DNA from: Balanoglossus misakiensis
Lineage: Eukaryota; Animalia; Hemichordata
DNA length: 64,000 nt
Direction: 5' to 3'
Assembly (NCBI GenBank): GCA_040954595.2
Contig: CM082579.2
Coordinates: forward strand, 10,901,625 to 10,965,624
The notes beneath the pieces are model-generated. The model saw nothing but the letters and a program-made list of their open reading frames with translations, searched no databases and had not been told where the DNA came from. Every line of letters starts with the position of its first letter. Position 1 is the stretch's first letter. Both the position numbers and the translations under genes were made by a program. Of the stretch, positions 25,301 to 39,113 are shown in pieces.

Positions 25301-28300
25301 GCCAGTTGTGACTAATTATACTCATCAATGCAAAGTCAAAAGAAGCCAACAAATTCATCTTGTCATGGCGGATGAAACATGGCAATTTCTTGACAGGCAT
25401 GCTTGCATAGAATGAGAGACACGAGAGCATGCATTGAATTCAAGTTTCCTTGAACTATCATTTGTTAGGTGACCCAGTGAGACACAATCAACATGGAATG
25501 TTCTACCAAATAGCCTGGCTATCCAAGGACAAGGCCATTCGCTTCCAATGATATCTACATTGCCTTAGCTGTAGACATCAAGTTACATGTGAGTGTGCAC
25601 TGAATAGTAATCATTTCAGTGTGCCTCCATACCTAATACACATATTTTGTCGTGAATTTCCGTTGTTCAAGTGAAACAGACACAATTTCTCTGAATCCAG
25701 GCATGCCTGTCCTGTACATGTAGGGTTTCTGATTGATGAGTAATTTTAGGAATTCGGTTTGAAAAAAACCCTGAAGTCTCCAATCCTGACCCAAGTCAGA
25801 AATATGGGCATCAATGTAAGAAACCATATTGGAAATTACATGAAGGAAATAATACAGACAATCAGTACCCTTTGATGTCTGTATGTGAGAGACAGGGTCA
25901 CCTTGTCTTTTTTTTATATCAGATTCTCACAGAAGAAAATTGGCTCTAACTCTAAGCTTGCTATACATATAGATTTCCACTGGAAATCCCAAGATATTCA
26001 CACCAAAAATGTAGGGGTCCAAATGGACAAAATCATTGATATTAATTAAACAATTACTGATCATACATTTATTGATTATTGGAAATTTCTATATTTTCCT
26101 CCAGTAATGAGTGCCAGTATCTGCTTCAAATTTCTGTATTCAATTTCGAGTGAAAGCCTTTGAATATATGTTGTCAGAAACCAATTTCAATTTTGCTGTT
26201 TTGTACATGTACATTTGTGCCAGTTTTATGAGAATCATTTATGACACATAAATATTATGCCTGGTGATGTGAGTCACTCTATAAATGTGAGTATTATTAG
26301 AATTACAACAAGGACTTTGCTGATTGGCCAAGGAGAACATCAAATTATACGAAACAAGTTGAATTGAGGCTGTGCAGTATACCTTATATTCAGCATGTGT
26401 ATACTGTAAAACACTTTATTTTCCCGAGCAATAAATTTTCGTGTAATACGTGAGAGCCAAAATAACGTGAAAATAAAAAGTCGCGTAAATTTTTTTAAAG
26501 ATAATAATGCAGCAAATGAAATAAGAAAATTCGAAAATTAATACTCACGAAACAGTGGCCTCTCTTGATATCGCGAAAATTTCAACTCGCGAAAATAAAG
26601 TGTTTTACAGTATTCTTAGCTTTTTCTCCCTGTACCTATGTGTACATGTCTCCTATTTGTAAGTTGTTGTTTATGCTCATCCACACATGGACAAATTTAC
26701 AGTGGTTTAAGTTTTCATTACTAGTGTTCGGTACAGTTCCCACTAAGATATTAAGCAAGTACACCCTGGATGGAAGTTGTGTGTGGTCGAACGTTGATTC
26801 ACTATATATCCACATGTAGAATAACATTAACGGTGTCTTGCACAAACATAATTAATGTAAAAAGGGCAGCGAGAGAGAGATTTTGTCCCTTTAAGGCTCA
26901 AAATAGTCTTGATAGAATATTTTATTACTCCCTTTTTTGTAGCTTTTATGAGATGCTTAGTACTGGATGGCTGATATCATGCTTACTTTAATATTTTACT
27001 AGACCGGTAAAGAACAGACTGTGTAACAGTGAAATATTGCATGTCATAAAAAAAACAAAAAAAACACCTTTTAGTGCCATTTTAGTGTGATAAGTGGTTT
27101 TAGCCAGTCACATATATCCTGTATTGAGAAACTGGGATGAATATAGCTGTGCCATTGTAATATGAGCAACCTACAATCCCATTTCAAGGATGCTTGAATT
27201 ATAATATTTCATGTGTTTGTTTTAGTGTGCTTCAGGGATGTAGAAAATGTTTGGTGTACACACAATGTAGCCAACAAAAGTGAAGATGAAGGTGTTTTTT
27301 AAGTTTAAAAGCAACTTCCTGTGATCAACTTGTGAGCCAAGATGTTCACATCCTGCAATTCTTTTCTCTTTGCTGATTGATTTTGCAGCATGTCAGAATC
27401 TTTTCTAATTTCCTGTCTGTTAGAAAATTGACTGTTGAAAGCACAACCAAGAGACAATTGCAAACTTTAAATGTCTCTTCTACACAGATATGTATATGGT
27501 GTTCAAAAGTTAGGAGACTGAGAAAATTTTCAATGAGTGTGCGTTTGTGAATGGTGACAGTCCATGAACTGACTGCTGGCAATCCATATGATATATATTT
27601 TAATTATTACGAAGTAGGTATATATACAGCGAGACATTTTAGTTTACTGCAACATACGTACGCAACCCTGAAAACGTTCTTCTATGCTGTATGAACATGT
27701 ACATGTATGTTCAAATGTTCGGTGTAATAAAATGAATAACACATGATGCTCTGACAATATCATCTTTAGCCTGCCCTCGGGCTGGTGATCTCTGACCATA
27801 ATATTGACGATGCTTGAGCCACAGAGATCACCATCCCTCGTGCAGGCTTCAAATCGTGATGTTTCCCTCACTATCATGACTGTGTTATTATTTACATGTA
27901 AATATACCCTGGCAGACCAAGGGTGTTTCAAACAGGAAGTTTATGCACTCCTGAAATAAGTTTGCAACCATCCTGTCCAGGGTGTTAATTTTAGCCAAGG
28001 AAATTGATAGGCAGGAAATACACATGTTTTCCTATTTCCAGGGTCTACGGCCAAATAGAAAAGTCTGTTAGATTTGAGAAATTGTAATGCTGACGAGGGG
28101 TAGTAGAGATACACTAAGTCAGCAGTGTAAGTTAGCCAGTTCAGAATGGTTTGAGGAACTTGATTTATTTGCCACAGTTTAAAAAAATAACTACTTCATA
28201 ATTTTATTCTGTTAAAATTAGGTATTTTCTAATACAGATCAACCCTGTAAAATTCCGGGGATGTATATGTATTTTGTCATATTGAACATAAAATGGTTCC

Positions 28301-31300
28301 TGTAGATTAAATTTTACTATAAATATGCTGACGGTTTGGGAAATTGATTAATAATCATCAAAAATACTGTATGTAGTTAAAGATCATTAACCCTAACGCT
28401 GCCAAGTCAGTATGAACTGGTTTGATTTCCAGGGTGCCTAGAATCCGGGCTCCCAGGCCCGTTAGGCTGCCAAGTGTGTGTTAATCAGTAGGGCCTATAC
28501 ATGACCCTCAGACCAATACAGTACAAACCAGTACAATTTGGTACATTTTTCAGAGGGCTCAGACTGCCAAGTGTGTCTAAGTACGTATGAGAGCCATGTC
28601 AAGACAGTCAAAATACGTTTCAGAAGAAAAAGTGGCAAATACGTATTTTAAGGGACTTGACACTCTAACCAGATATGACCCCCGGTAGCAATAGGGTTAA
28701 TGTGTGCTGAAAAGAATGATCAGTTATTACCTGGTAGCATAGATTCATAAAATGTTAAGTCCGTGTGGTAAAATGTATGTATGTCTGACTTGGTGCCAGC
28801 ATGCATGAGCATGTCGTTCTTGATAATAATAATCATAGTCATATGTACACTTAGGAATTTGCATATGAACACAGGATATATTTGGTGTCTTCCCCCCCCC
28901 CCCCCCCCCCCCCCATAGTCATATTTATATCAATCATAACCCCCTCCCCAATGATTCAAACTTACATTTGAAAGTCACAGATGTGTACACGTGTTTTTAC
29001 AGTCATGAGTGACAGTTTTGGTAATTTACAACAATTCATGTGTGCTAATCAAAATGACCAATCCAGTTGGCAAGTCTCATATCACTCTTCTGATATCATT
29101 CTGAAGCCACTTCATTGTGTCCAGATATATTTGTCAATCTTTAACTAAACTGTGTTTGGCAAAGCAGTGTTGTCCTTAGTTGAATTTTGCAGTCCAGAGT
29201 GTGGAGAGAGAAAAAACCCAAGCATTATTGTCAAGATGAGCAGGGCCATCATCAGTAAGGGTATGGACTCAATAATAGTTTTGTTGGAGTAGTCATAGGT
29301 TTAATATTGTACAGTTGGGATGATATACATCATTCATATATAGTTATGTATGACTGAGTTTGATAAGCTCAGGTCGGCATATGTCCTGTGGCGTACATCA
29401 GCTCTGCATTGCGTGTTTACGTTTGAGCATGATGTATTTTTGCTGATGCAAGTCGGAAGCCAGATTGGCTCCTTGTGCATGTATTTGCAAGTCATATCTT
29501 GAGCAGAGTCAGAGCAGAGTCAGAAATGATGTCATCTAATTAAATTGTCTGCAGTTGTAGAGACTGTGTCTCCACTATCACTGTGTCCTTGGAATGAGGT
29601 GGTCTGTAGAAAACCCCAACTTTGCCCTTTACAAGGCCTCCAGCTGGCTTTGTTGGACTCTTAAAAATCTACCCAGCCCAATGTTGATATTTTGACAAAT
29701 TTGATGTCTTGCCAGTGAAACAATATTTAACAGTTGTGGCATGCTTGTTATCAGGTAGCTCTAGTGTATGTAATCGCATACATGATACAGGATCCAAAGC
29801 TGACAAGCTAGTAATGGGCATTTAACATGCAAATGTACTGTATGGATGTGTCTGACACACAGGTGAAAAAATATTTTGTTATTTTGTTCAATATGGCTGC
29901 TGTTGGTACGTAGAATATTACAATTGGCAACACACTTGTTTCATCAAACATTTATCACTCTTTCAGATATCAGGGCTTGTAAACTAATATTGTCATAATC
30001 CAACCTTGACATATTATAGTTACAGTTCCTGAATGTAATCCCTGAAATTAAAGAAATTAAACATGCCTCCAGGTACAGAAAACTGTCCAATTTCTTGAAT
30101 ATCAGTTCATTATTTTCATGACTAAATGTTGTAGTTTCATGCTTGATTTCAATCCTAAAACCAGCTTTTTGTCAAACATTTCTCCTAAGTTAAAGAGACT
30201 ACCTGTCAACAAAAGTGGTTTCAATTTTCATGAAAGTATTTGATAGTCAGATGTATGTAGAACAAATAATTGAAAACAAGGGTCTTCCCACTGATGTGTT
30301 CATAATATTAGCAAACAAAGATATTTTTATAAACTAATAACTTCACTTGAATGATATTTCATAAACTGCATGTATTTTGTAATTGTTAATGGTTAGGCAT
30401 AATAATAATGTGAAAAGTCGTTGGTTGTCTGTCTCATCAAGTGATAGAAACTATAATATTATGAGTCATAATATTGTGATTTTCATGTTGCATTATGCCA
30501 CTATTTTATATTGCATGTGTGGCAATATTGATAACCTTATGTAATATCATGATAACTTATTCATTCATGATGACATGTGGAATTAAGGTCAAAGGTCACT
30601 AATTTAGACATGGTGGCCAATGCACAATGGAAACTTTGTGAAGAGAATGGACCGAGTAGACATGATTAAGATAAACCAACAAAGCAGAACCAAAATAATA
30701 AATACATGTACAAAATAATAAACAGTAATTCTTAGGTGATAATTTTAAGGTATATGGTCACTTCCAATTTACATATATCCATAATTATGGCTGAAATAGC
30801 GTACATGTATCTGGGTGTTCTAAAGAATGTATGGTGGCACTCTTTTTTTTTGCATGAAAATCTGTGATTGGCCAGATCTCGATTTGCCATGGTAACTTGC
30901 TAAATTTGCATAGGTGACTGTATACCTTTAATTTTGTCAACTTAGGTGTGTGATTATCGCAATAGTCAGTGTTCTGTGGAGGTTTGACCATGGCTTGCAC
31001 TGTAGCAGTCATGAGATTGGCAATAGTTTCCATGAAGTCAATGCCTAGAGCATATAAGAGTACTGTTTAACCATGTAAATGAGAGTGTCTGGACTGGATG
31101 ACCTTGCAAGTGTGTCATTTAAATCAAGTGTGATTTATCACCTGCAATCAGTAAGCTGACCTATAGTTTGGCCAGAATTAATTCAATCACCTTGACTAGT
31201 GTAGACTTCACATCCTAGACTGAATTCCAACAAACAACATGCCAAAACATATGCCAGAGATTTCTCCTCAGATAATAAATGGATTTCAAGAGATGTCTAG

Positions 31301-34300
31301 TAGAGATAAAAAAACATAATTATATTCTGTCCTTGATATATCGTACCCAGGAATACTTATGGGTTGCACACACTGACATGTTTTGATTTTATGATAATAG
31401 AACAGAATAGCAAAGTCAGATATTTTTATTTATATCAGATGATCAGTAATGAAATATATAAAATACCACTTGACTTTTATATTAAGAACAAGTGTGGTCT
31501 CTTAGACATTACGAGTGATTGCTTGATATAGTATGATGGTGGAATTTAAACACAGGTGACATAATAGGTAGCCTTTAGTTCTGTATGATGTACTCAGTCT
31601 GCATTTTCTGTCCCCATGATTGGTAGTGGTAGAATATCCTGCTTTGTATTCCTGCAGACTGATGCAAGAAATGTCTGCAGTTCCTCACTTGAGGGCACAC
31701 ATGAAGACTGTTCATATCAGTGGCTGTTGATATGTGCACCAGTACTCACGTTTACATATAGCTGATAGCTCTATAAATATCTAACCTAGTTTGCTATTGT
31801 CAGTAGGCAAGAATGCCACCTACATACTTTCTGTGCCATAAAGAGTCTGTAATCATGTTCTGATATTCTGCTTACATGCCATTAGTCAGTGATATGCAGA
31901 TGAGTGGACACCCACCATTGTCTGTCTGTATTACTCCTTGATTTTGATTGCATAAAGCCTAAGGATGAATGAAATTATCAATAAAACACTTTTTTAGCTG
32001 TAAAAATATTTTGCATACTTTTTTTGTAATAAATAAAATACATTTACAGCAAAGTGCTTATAGTATAAAATAATAAAACAGAATAACTGACGTTTTACTT
32101 TGGAACTGCCTCAATGAGAATATTTGACACTTTGCCATATGCGATGCCTGTCACTTTTTGTCGTCTGCTTCATTTAATGCTAGACCCTGTGCACTCGTAG
32201 CTACATTCATCTGCACAAGTTTGGTTCAGTTGGAAACTTTTTTCTGACGCTGTTTTTGTTAAGAAAATGACACTGATACAATTATAATATAGCAATAACC
32301 CCTGCCTCTGTCAAGTATACGCTCGAATTGGGCTTGTGCTATTATGTCTCAAAATGTACCCAATTCTCGCGTATACCCACCTTCAGCAGGGGTTATAATA
32401 TCAATAGCTTGATGGGTTTTTTTCCAACAAGGTATATGCTTGTAGTTACCTGTAGGTTGATCTATCACAAGACTGCAGACCTTGTCCCATTGCCTAGTTG
32501 AGTTACATGTACCTTGGCAATATTTGTGCATTTGTCATTGACTGATTAGTAGAAAGAAATGTACAACCTCCGACATTTTTTGTGACATGTCTCTTGAAGT
32601 AAGATGATTTGTTCAAGTGTCTGTTCTCAGTGTGTTTAACAAGTCTGAAGTAGTAAATGTGAAGCATTTGATATCATTATCAAGCTTATTAGAGTATAAA
32701 TCTAAAAATAGATTATGAATCATGATCCCAAACAGCGCCAGGATGCAGATGTTAGATCAGAGTGAAATAACAGTGTAATGTAAAACCCCAAGAAAGTTGA
32801 GCCAAACATCGTGCATGAAATATGATTCATCCATCCTTGTATCATAGATGAATCACCATATAAATCATCACTACTATAAAAAGTAAAACTCATCATTATT
32901 CTGTGATAAAACTGTGCAGTGTTCATCAATAACAAAATTCTCTGTTTGGTATTTCTGCAAATTTCAGTTACTTTGCATGGATTGAGCCTACATGTAGAAT
33001 CAATAAATGTGCAAATTATTATTTTAAATACAGACTTCAGGACAGGTACATGTAACCTTATGTATTGCTGGATTATGTGATCCTTTTGTATACAAACTAT
33101 GCCACTGTGCCAAGATTTTTCAAATCAACTCTGTCTGATATATAAAGATATTTTTATCTTGTAGTACGTAAAAAGATACTGTGATCTTTCTTATGATGAA
33201 ATCATAAGAACTCATGAAGTATATGTGTCATTTGCTCATTGTAAATTAAAGTGAATTTACAGCTTAATTTCTGTTAAGTGATTTTGTACTTTTTGAAGGA
33301 TTTTTTAACAGTTTACTTTTTACTATTAAACATGTAGTTTACACTTTTTTCCTCTTTAGTGAAAACATATGTTTTGATGATCAAGATAACTAATAGCTAG
33401 TGCAAACCAACAGAATATATCAGATGATGTTTCCTGTATGCAGAGTATTGAGACTATGTACTAGTCATGTGATCAACACAATAAATCCTAAGAACAAGCG
33501 TTAATCTCCATTGCCTTTCTACATTTCACGGATAAACATAAACTCAATACAAACATGTAGTACAACTTGCTGTTTGTTGTCCTCAGTACAACCAGGACTC
33601 AAACATTTGAGCAGTCTCCCAAGGTCATGTGATCTCCAAGGTCATGATGCGACTGTGACAGTAACACTGCTTTGCATACTTTCAAAATATCAGAAATGCT
33701 AATCTTTACAGCTTATGATGCATGTTTTGCAGACCGAGGTTGTACAGCAGAAGGGTCTGACCTTTAGTTAGGAATAGGATTGCCCATGCATGTACTCGGT
33801 GACAGTGTGCAACTGAGGTTTGCAAAACACTAATTAAACAGTCATATACCTTATTGAAGGCTAAATATGGGGTGTTCAAATACTATTCTGCAGAGTTTTT
33901 GAAATAAGAATGCTGTCAATATTTAGGGGTTATTTATACACGAATTTTGGTCGATAAGGCATGGCTCACATACGTTCTTAGACGCACTTGGCAGTTTGAA
34001 CCCCCCGTAAAATGTACCAAATCAATTCTAGGCACCCCGGAAATCAAACCAGTTTCAACTGACTTGGCGGCGTAAGGGTTAAATTGGGATTGATTTGCAA
34101 TTATGAACAAGAATTGTGCAGTACACTGTTATGCTTACTGATTCTTAATTCGTCTATTTTTGTCACAGGAAAAACCAACAATACACCCTCAGAACCAATA
34201 TCAATACCAGGAAATGCTGCTGTTGGGACAACAAGTGGTTCTTCTCCATCAGCTGTGGGGGGTCAGCAGCGATCAAGTGGGGAGTTTCGTAGAAGGTCTC

Positions 34301-37300
34301 CATCCAAGGCCGTTAGTCCATTACCCACACCAGACCCTGGTGAGAGTTATATTCACTTGAATGACTGTATGACAGGGCCATCAGAGGCCGCTGATGAAGT
34401 CTCGGCTTTTGAAGAAGGTCAATATAAAAAAGCACCCCCTCCGAGACTGGCCGAGAGACAAGTGAGTTCCAGCAGCATACCGGAAAGTCCACCACCACCA
34501 CCCCCTGTGAAAAGTTCCTATGACCATCCACCCCATCCTGTGGTGGCTGATGACACGTACGATGTGCCTCCCATTCACAGTGCGGGCTTGGCGCCCATTG
34601 ATGACTCGGACGGCATCTATAAACTGGTGCCCCCTCCAAAGCCAAAGCTTGAGAACAATGAGGACACGGACATTTTAAGTAAGAACTTCGAGCGCCAGAT
34701 ATCCAAGGCAAATAATGTGAGTGCGTCGCCAAGCTCCGAAGCTCTGTCAAGTTCACTGACACGGTCACCCAATGACTCCTATGACCTAGTGCCCCCACCG
34801 AGGCCGTGTAAACCTGCACAGTTTGTACCAGCCAACGATGGTAATGATGGCAATGCAATTTATGATGTGCCCCCGACGCACGATTCTGATATCTATGATG
34901 TACCGCCCTCGCACGGCAAGGAGCTGGAGAGCCCCGGAGTGTACGACGTTCCACCATCGTTTCAGCACGCGTCCAAGCCTCCGGATTTAACCAAAAAACT
35001 CTCCTCGTCAACCGACGCACTGGCGATGGAATTCACCAAGATTTCCCAGAAGAATCAAGACACGCTGCACGAGATGGGCCACAAGGAGAACGGCATCATC
35101 GCCCTTGACGACGAAGTGCCTCCTCCCGCTCCTCCGAGGCCGGCGAAATCCAAAGCAGATGTAGACGACGAGTACGTCTACCTGGCCGAGCAGACTGTAC
35201 AGCAGAGTAACTACGACATCGTGCCCCCACCGCGTGCAGTGGTCACCTCCCCGAAAGCTCTGAATGCACCCGTGGACATCCCGGCACCTCCACCCAGACC
35301 GCCAAAGCCTCCGACGCTACTGAACGACATGTCTCACAGTCCAAACATGCCCAGTACGCCACCACCGAGCTTTGACGACAGATTCCGACTGAACGAATCG
35401 ACCATCAAACAAGGCGTGGCCGAAGACGAGCTGACTGATAAACTCAGTCTGCTGCAGACGCAAGACGGAGGCTCGGCAGAAGGCAGTGGTGAGGAGGAGG
35501 ATGACTACGACGTGCCTCCCAAAGCGGTCAAAGCCAAAGTGAACGCCAATGACCAACAGGGCTATCTGGACACCAAGATACCAGCGCCTGCGTCAGTTGG
35601 ACCGACCGGTGCCGAGTACCAGAATTTATTCATCCAAAGGCCTGGATACGTCGAGATGAGAGGAGCCCTGACGTCAGAATTGGGGGAGCCCACAGAGAAC
35701 TACGTACCCATGGCGACAAGTATTGATGACAACACGCACTACACCCCCATGGTGAGTGCACTGAGCCACCCAGTCCCTCCACCGGCATCGCAGCTTAAAG
35801 AAAGCACAAGACGGAGTCAACAGCCTCTGTTTCCACCGCCTGTCAACAGGAGTCTCAAACCAAAGAAGTTCCCGAGAGGTTAGTACTGAAAAAATTTCAT
35901 GTTGTCTACGGCAGATGAAAAGGTGTACCAAAATACTCAAAAGTTTCTTAAAATTGCATTATTTCTGGTAGTGTTGGAATGTTCAATTGCAGGATTATTC
36001 AGACTGTCCCAGCTGTGGTGTTTACAGTGAAACCTGTCATTACGGACAACTCTCTAATCAGGACACCTCTGGGACAGGTCTTTCAAGACAAAAGTCACAG
36101 TTTGAATAAAATATTACATATCTATTAAGGACACCTCTCTATTGAGGAAAGATTTTCCAGTCCCAGGGGTGTCCTTAATGGACAGGTTTCATATTTCATG
36201 TCTGATTCCCAAAAACTTTTATGTGCATCACCTGCCATGAAATGTCATAGAAATGTCTAATAGACAGCGATAGAGGAAAATGAAACTCAGAAACCTGCTT
36301 CACACTCCTGAGTCGCATGTATACATAAACAAAAGTCGCCAGGAAGACCCTTACAGCACATAAAAAAGTGAGAATTCAGTGCTTTAAAGAAATAAAGATA
36401 ACAGCAGATAATCAAGCTATATACCCTGACTAAAAGGGGGTTTATTACTAAAGGTCCACTATCTGTAATTTTTGGCAATTTTTCTCAGTATTTTATTCTG
36501 TTTATCAACCATGGTTTCCTATTCAACTCCCTGAGTCAGTGTTAAATGTGTACATGTAGTGTCGATCTTCTCAATGTAGCCCATGTGTGCATGATCGACA
36601 TTGTTATTGTTTAAAAATTGTATTCAAGTCCAGACTTGAATCCATGATTATTAATTGTAAACAATAACAACGGTTGGTGCACATACACATGACTTGTTTA
36701 GAAGGAGAAAACGGGGTGTGTTCGAAAATTATAAGGAGGAAACAAATAAAATGTAGTTGATACACAAAACAGAAATACTGAAAAAATAGCCAGAAGCAAA
36801 AAGTAAAAGCCAAGTCAAAGATCAGAAACACTTGCCATTAATGAAAACTTCAAGTCTTTAATAAGTTTTATCAGTAATACAACGGTATGATACAGTCCAC
36901 GGAATACTCTTTCAGAATAAGCTGGTCCAGTATTCCCAATAATTTTCCAGAAGAAAATACTAAAATATTAAAGTCCATGGCTTGTTGAGTGCAGTTATAA
37001 ATGCCAGTATTCCCGATGTTTTCCCCTTCCTGACAGTGCCACCTCTGCCCACAGCCTCTGCCGGGAATTTCTATGCCACCCGAGATGATGTCTCCCCCTT
37101 TGTCGGTTTGCCAGTTGAGTCTCCGAGAACAAGAAGTTTTGGAAAAGCGGGCCTTCAGTAAGTAGTGTCTCCTTCTGTTTTCTCTGTAGACTCCCCAGGA
37201 ATGCATCACCATGGGGCAGGCTGTGCGTAAGTACAGTGTGCATTTCAAACCTTCTTTTGTGTCTGCAGCCCTCTTCTCTTTGTGTCTTCATCCTTTCCTT

Positions 37301-39100
37301 CCAACTCAAAGTTTCTCTCTCGCTGCCCTTTTCCCATTATTTATATTTGATACAAGACACCGTTTATGTTAATGAACATGTGGATACATAGTGAATCAAC
37401 GTTCAACCACACACAACTTCCATCCCACTTGTAGACACAAGAGTGAAAAACTCGCCAGAATGAATAATCGGTGTTTACCATTTATTCATTTTGGCGGGAT
37501 TTTTACTCTCATATCATACAAGCGGGATGGAAGTTGTGTGTGGTCAAACCTTGATTCACTATATATCCACATGTAGAATAACATAAACGGTGTGTATGAG
37601 AAATAGAAGTTCAACAAGTTGACTGAGTTTTGTATACTAACTTCAAGTATGGAACTTTTAAACACAGAAGTCATGAAATACAAACCACATCAATCTTACT
37701 ACAGTGACTTGTCGACTGTCTTACCCACAATGCAATTAGTATAATGTGATTTGACCCCCTAGCATGAAGTTAAAAATTATTTAAGGAAGCAAGCATTACC
37801 ATACCTCAGCCAATGAATACCATAATAGCATAACATGTCACTTTCACTCCTTGATGGCGCAACATGGTTGACTTTTCCACCTCATGCACTGAATGTTTGC
37901 TGCGACATTACAGCTTACTTGGTGGTGATGATGATGACCGTGATCGAAGCGACACAATGGAGAGCAGCAGTAGTTCATCTGACGGTGGTGATGGTGTGCA
38001 GGGCCACAGGGAGCTGTATGAATCTATGCATCCCAGATTTAAGAGTGGCCAGGAACACCCTCCAGAACTGTACATGAGACACGACCCCAGAATATACCAG
38101 GTAAATCACTACCTCGGCTCTTGTTGTATCCAGTTTATCTTTCTGTGAAAAAGAGATATAACCACATTAGCGTTAGGGTTAATAGCATTATCTCTGAAAG
38201 CCAACAAATAAAACTCATTTCTGCAATATCCTTGATACTCTAAGTTTGGCCTTTTGTTAAGGGAGAAATGATTTGTGAAAATCTCTCTCAAAAATGCTCA
38301 CTCTCAAAACAGCTTGTTCAGATGACCTTCAGAAATGTTGTGAAGATCACCCACCATCCATCTGAGAATTCTGATCTTGGTCACTCAAAATGTTGTGTAG
38401 CTTGCTGTGAGAAAGCTTGTGAAGGTCCATCTTAAAATATGTGTGCAACAAATTCTGATGTGTAATTTTTATTGAAATTCTATTGTTGATTTTGTGATGC
38501 ATCCCAGATTTAAGGGTGGCAAGGATTTTTGTGATGTTTTGTTTCCTATTCTGAAGATCAAACCCTCGCTTGATACTAGAGGGACTTTAATCCAACCTGG
38601 GAAATGGCATGTCAGAGAGGGTCAGAGAAATACTGTCAGTGTAGAAATTTCACATTACTATTGGGAAATGTTCTATCTTGGTAGAGAATTGTCAGTCAAT
38701 GTGACTGGACCACAGGGCAGAGTCAGGAAATATTGATATAACCCAGAAGTCATGTCATATACATGTATTACTATACACAACATACAATAACCACATATGC
38801 TGTCTTTGTTCTAAAAAAACACAGAAGTCTGATGAGTTACAACCCATGCCATCATCACCGCCGCCACCTCCACCAGTGGCCAGGAAGTCCACCACTAGGA
38901 AAGATCCCGTGAAAAAGGCAGGGGAGGTTCAGTACATTGACCTTGACCTTGATGAACCCAGTGAACCCGCACCGCCCAGACCAGTGCGTACAATACCCTC
39001 GTCGGAAACGGAATACACAAGTCTTGACATGGAGAGAACGATTGGACTGCAGGATGCCATGCGACAGAGGGAGAAAGACCTGAACAAAGAGGCAAAGTAA
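16371..39100 (+). CDS. GAB1: GRB2-associated binder (GAB/DOS family) PH-domain docking protein, ~887 aa
   Basis: Exons 16371-16439, 19236-19536, 34169-35878, 37037-37157, 37914-38100, 38825-39100 (2664 nt, phases consistent). The N-terminus MAEEVVCTGWLRKSPP...WKDRW is a Gab-type PH domain. Also present: Grb2-SH3 motifs PPPRPPKP and PPPVNRSLKP, YxxM motifs (YVEM, YVPM, YTPM), repeated YDVP, and tandem C-terminal SHP2-type motifs VQYIDL and TEYTSL. Probably co-orthologous to vertebrate GAB1-4; the symbol is for the family. Confidence 0.88.
19236..19536 (+). CDS. GAB1: GAB exon 2 (bulk of the PH domain)
   Basis: Acceptor tacag|AAA, donor G|GTAAG. Encodes KFWKDRWCVL...LEYYKN...PKGTIDLSKC...RTFYLV...MHRWTRNLCRVCGF. 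Confidence 0.93.
21830..22140. repeat. Dispersed repeat, copy 2
   Basis: Aligns by eye with 3816-4075. Confidence 0.7.
24549..24761. mobile_element. MITE family A copy
   Basis: Same TIRs and internal sequence. Confidence 0.85.
24942..25128. mobile_element. MITE family A copy, inverted and internally deleted
   Basis: Reverse-complement orientation relative to 24549-24761. Confidence 0.85.
26402..26612. mobile_element. MITE family A copy, inverted
   Basis: Same TIRs, reverse orientation. Confidence 0.85.
26767..26895. repeat. Partial copy of repeat family B, reverse orientation
   Basis: GGATGGAAGTTGTGTGTGGTCGAACGTTGATTCACTATATATCCAC. Confidence 0.7.
28387..28700. mobile_element. piggyBac-like TTAACCC...GGGTTAA MITE
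   Basis: TTAA-CCC termini. A related inverted end (GGAAATCAAACCAGTT...GACTTGGCGGCGTAAGGGTTAA) lies at ~34020-34082. Confidence 0.65.
30745..30931. mobile_element. MITE family C copy
   Basis: TTAAGGTATATGGTCAC...GGTGACTGTATACCTTTAA with a shared internal AAAATCTGTGATTGG. Confidence 0.75.
34169..35878 (+). CDS. GAB1: GAB exon 3 (Pro/Tyr-rich docking region)
   Basis: Lies within the 599-aa ORF. Phase-1 acceptor tcacag|GA and donor G|GTTAGT; multiple YDVP, YxxM and PxxP motifs. Confidence 0.9.
37315..37593. mobile_element. Foldback (palindromic) repeat family B
   Basis: 37357-37593 is a long imperfect palindrome (ACACCGTTTATGTT...GTGGATA...TATCCAC...AACATAAACGGTGT). Partial copies lie at ~10900-11125 and ~26767-26895. 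Confidence 0.75.
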
Positions 39101-39113
39101 AACAATGTACATG

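Noticed and set aside
24894-25430. 178-aa minus-strand ORF, and similar ...[10 protein letters not shown]... ORFs at 2081 and 11224
   Set aside because: They read through MITE family A sequence and contain no transposase motifs.
28891-28914. Poly-C run; other poly-G/C runs near 43677, 47758, 48310 and 52483
   Set aside because: Simple homopolymers, several inside MITEs, with no evidence of function.
34313-35940. Minus-strand ORFs up to 235 aa over GAB exon 3
   Set aside because: Antisense shadows of a GC-rich, Pro-rich exon.
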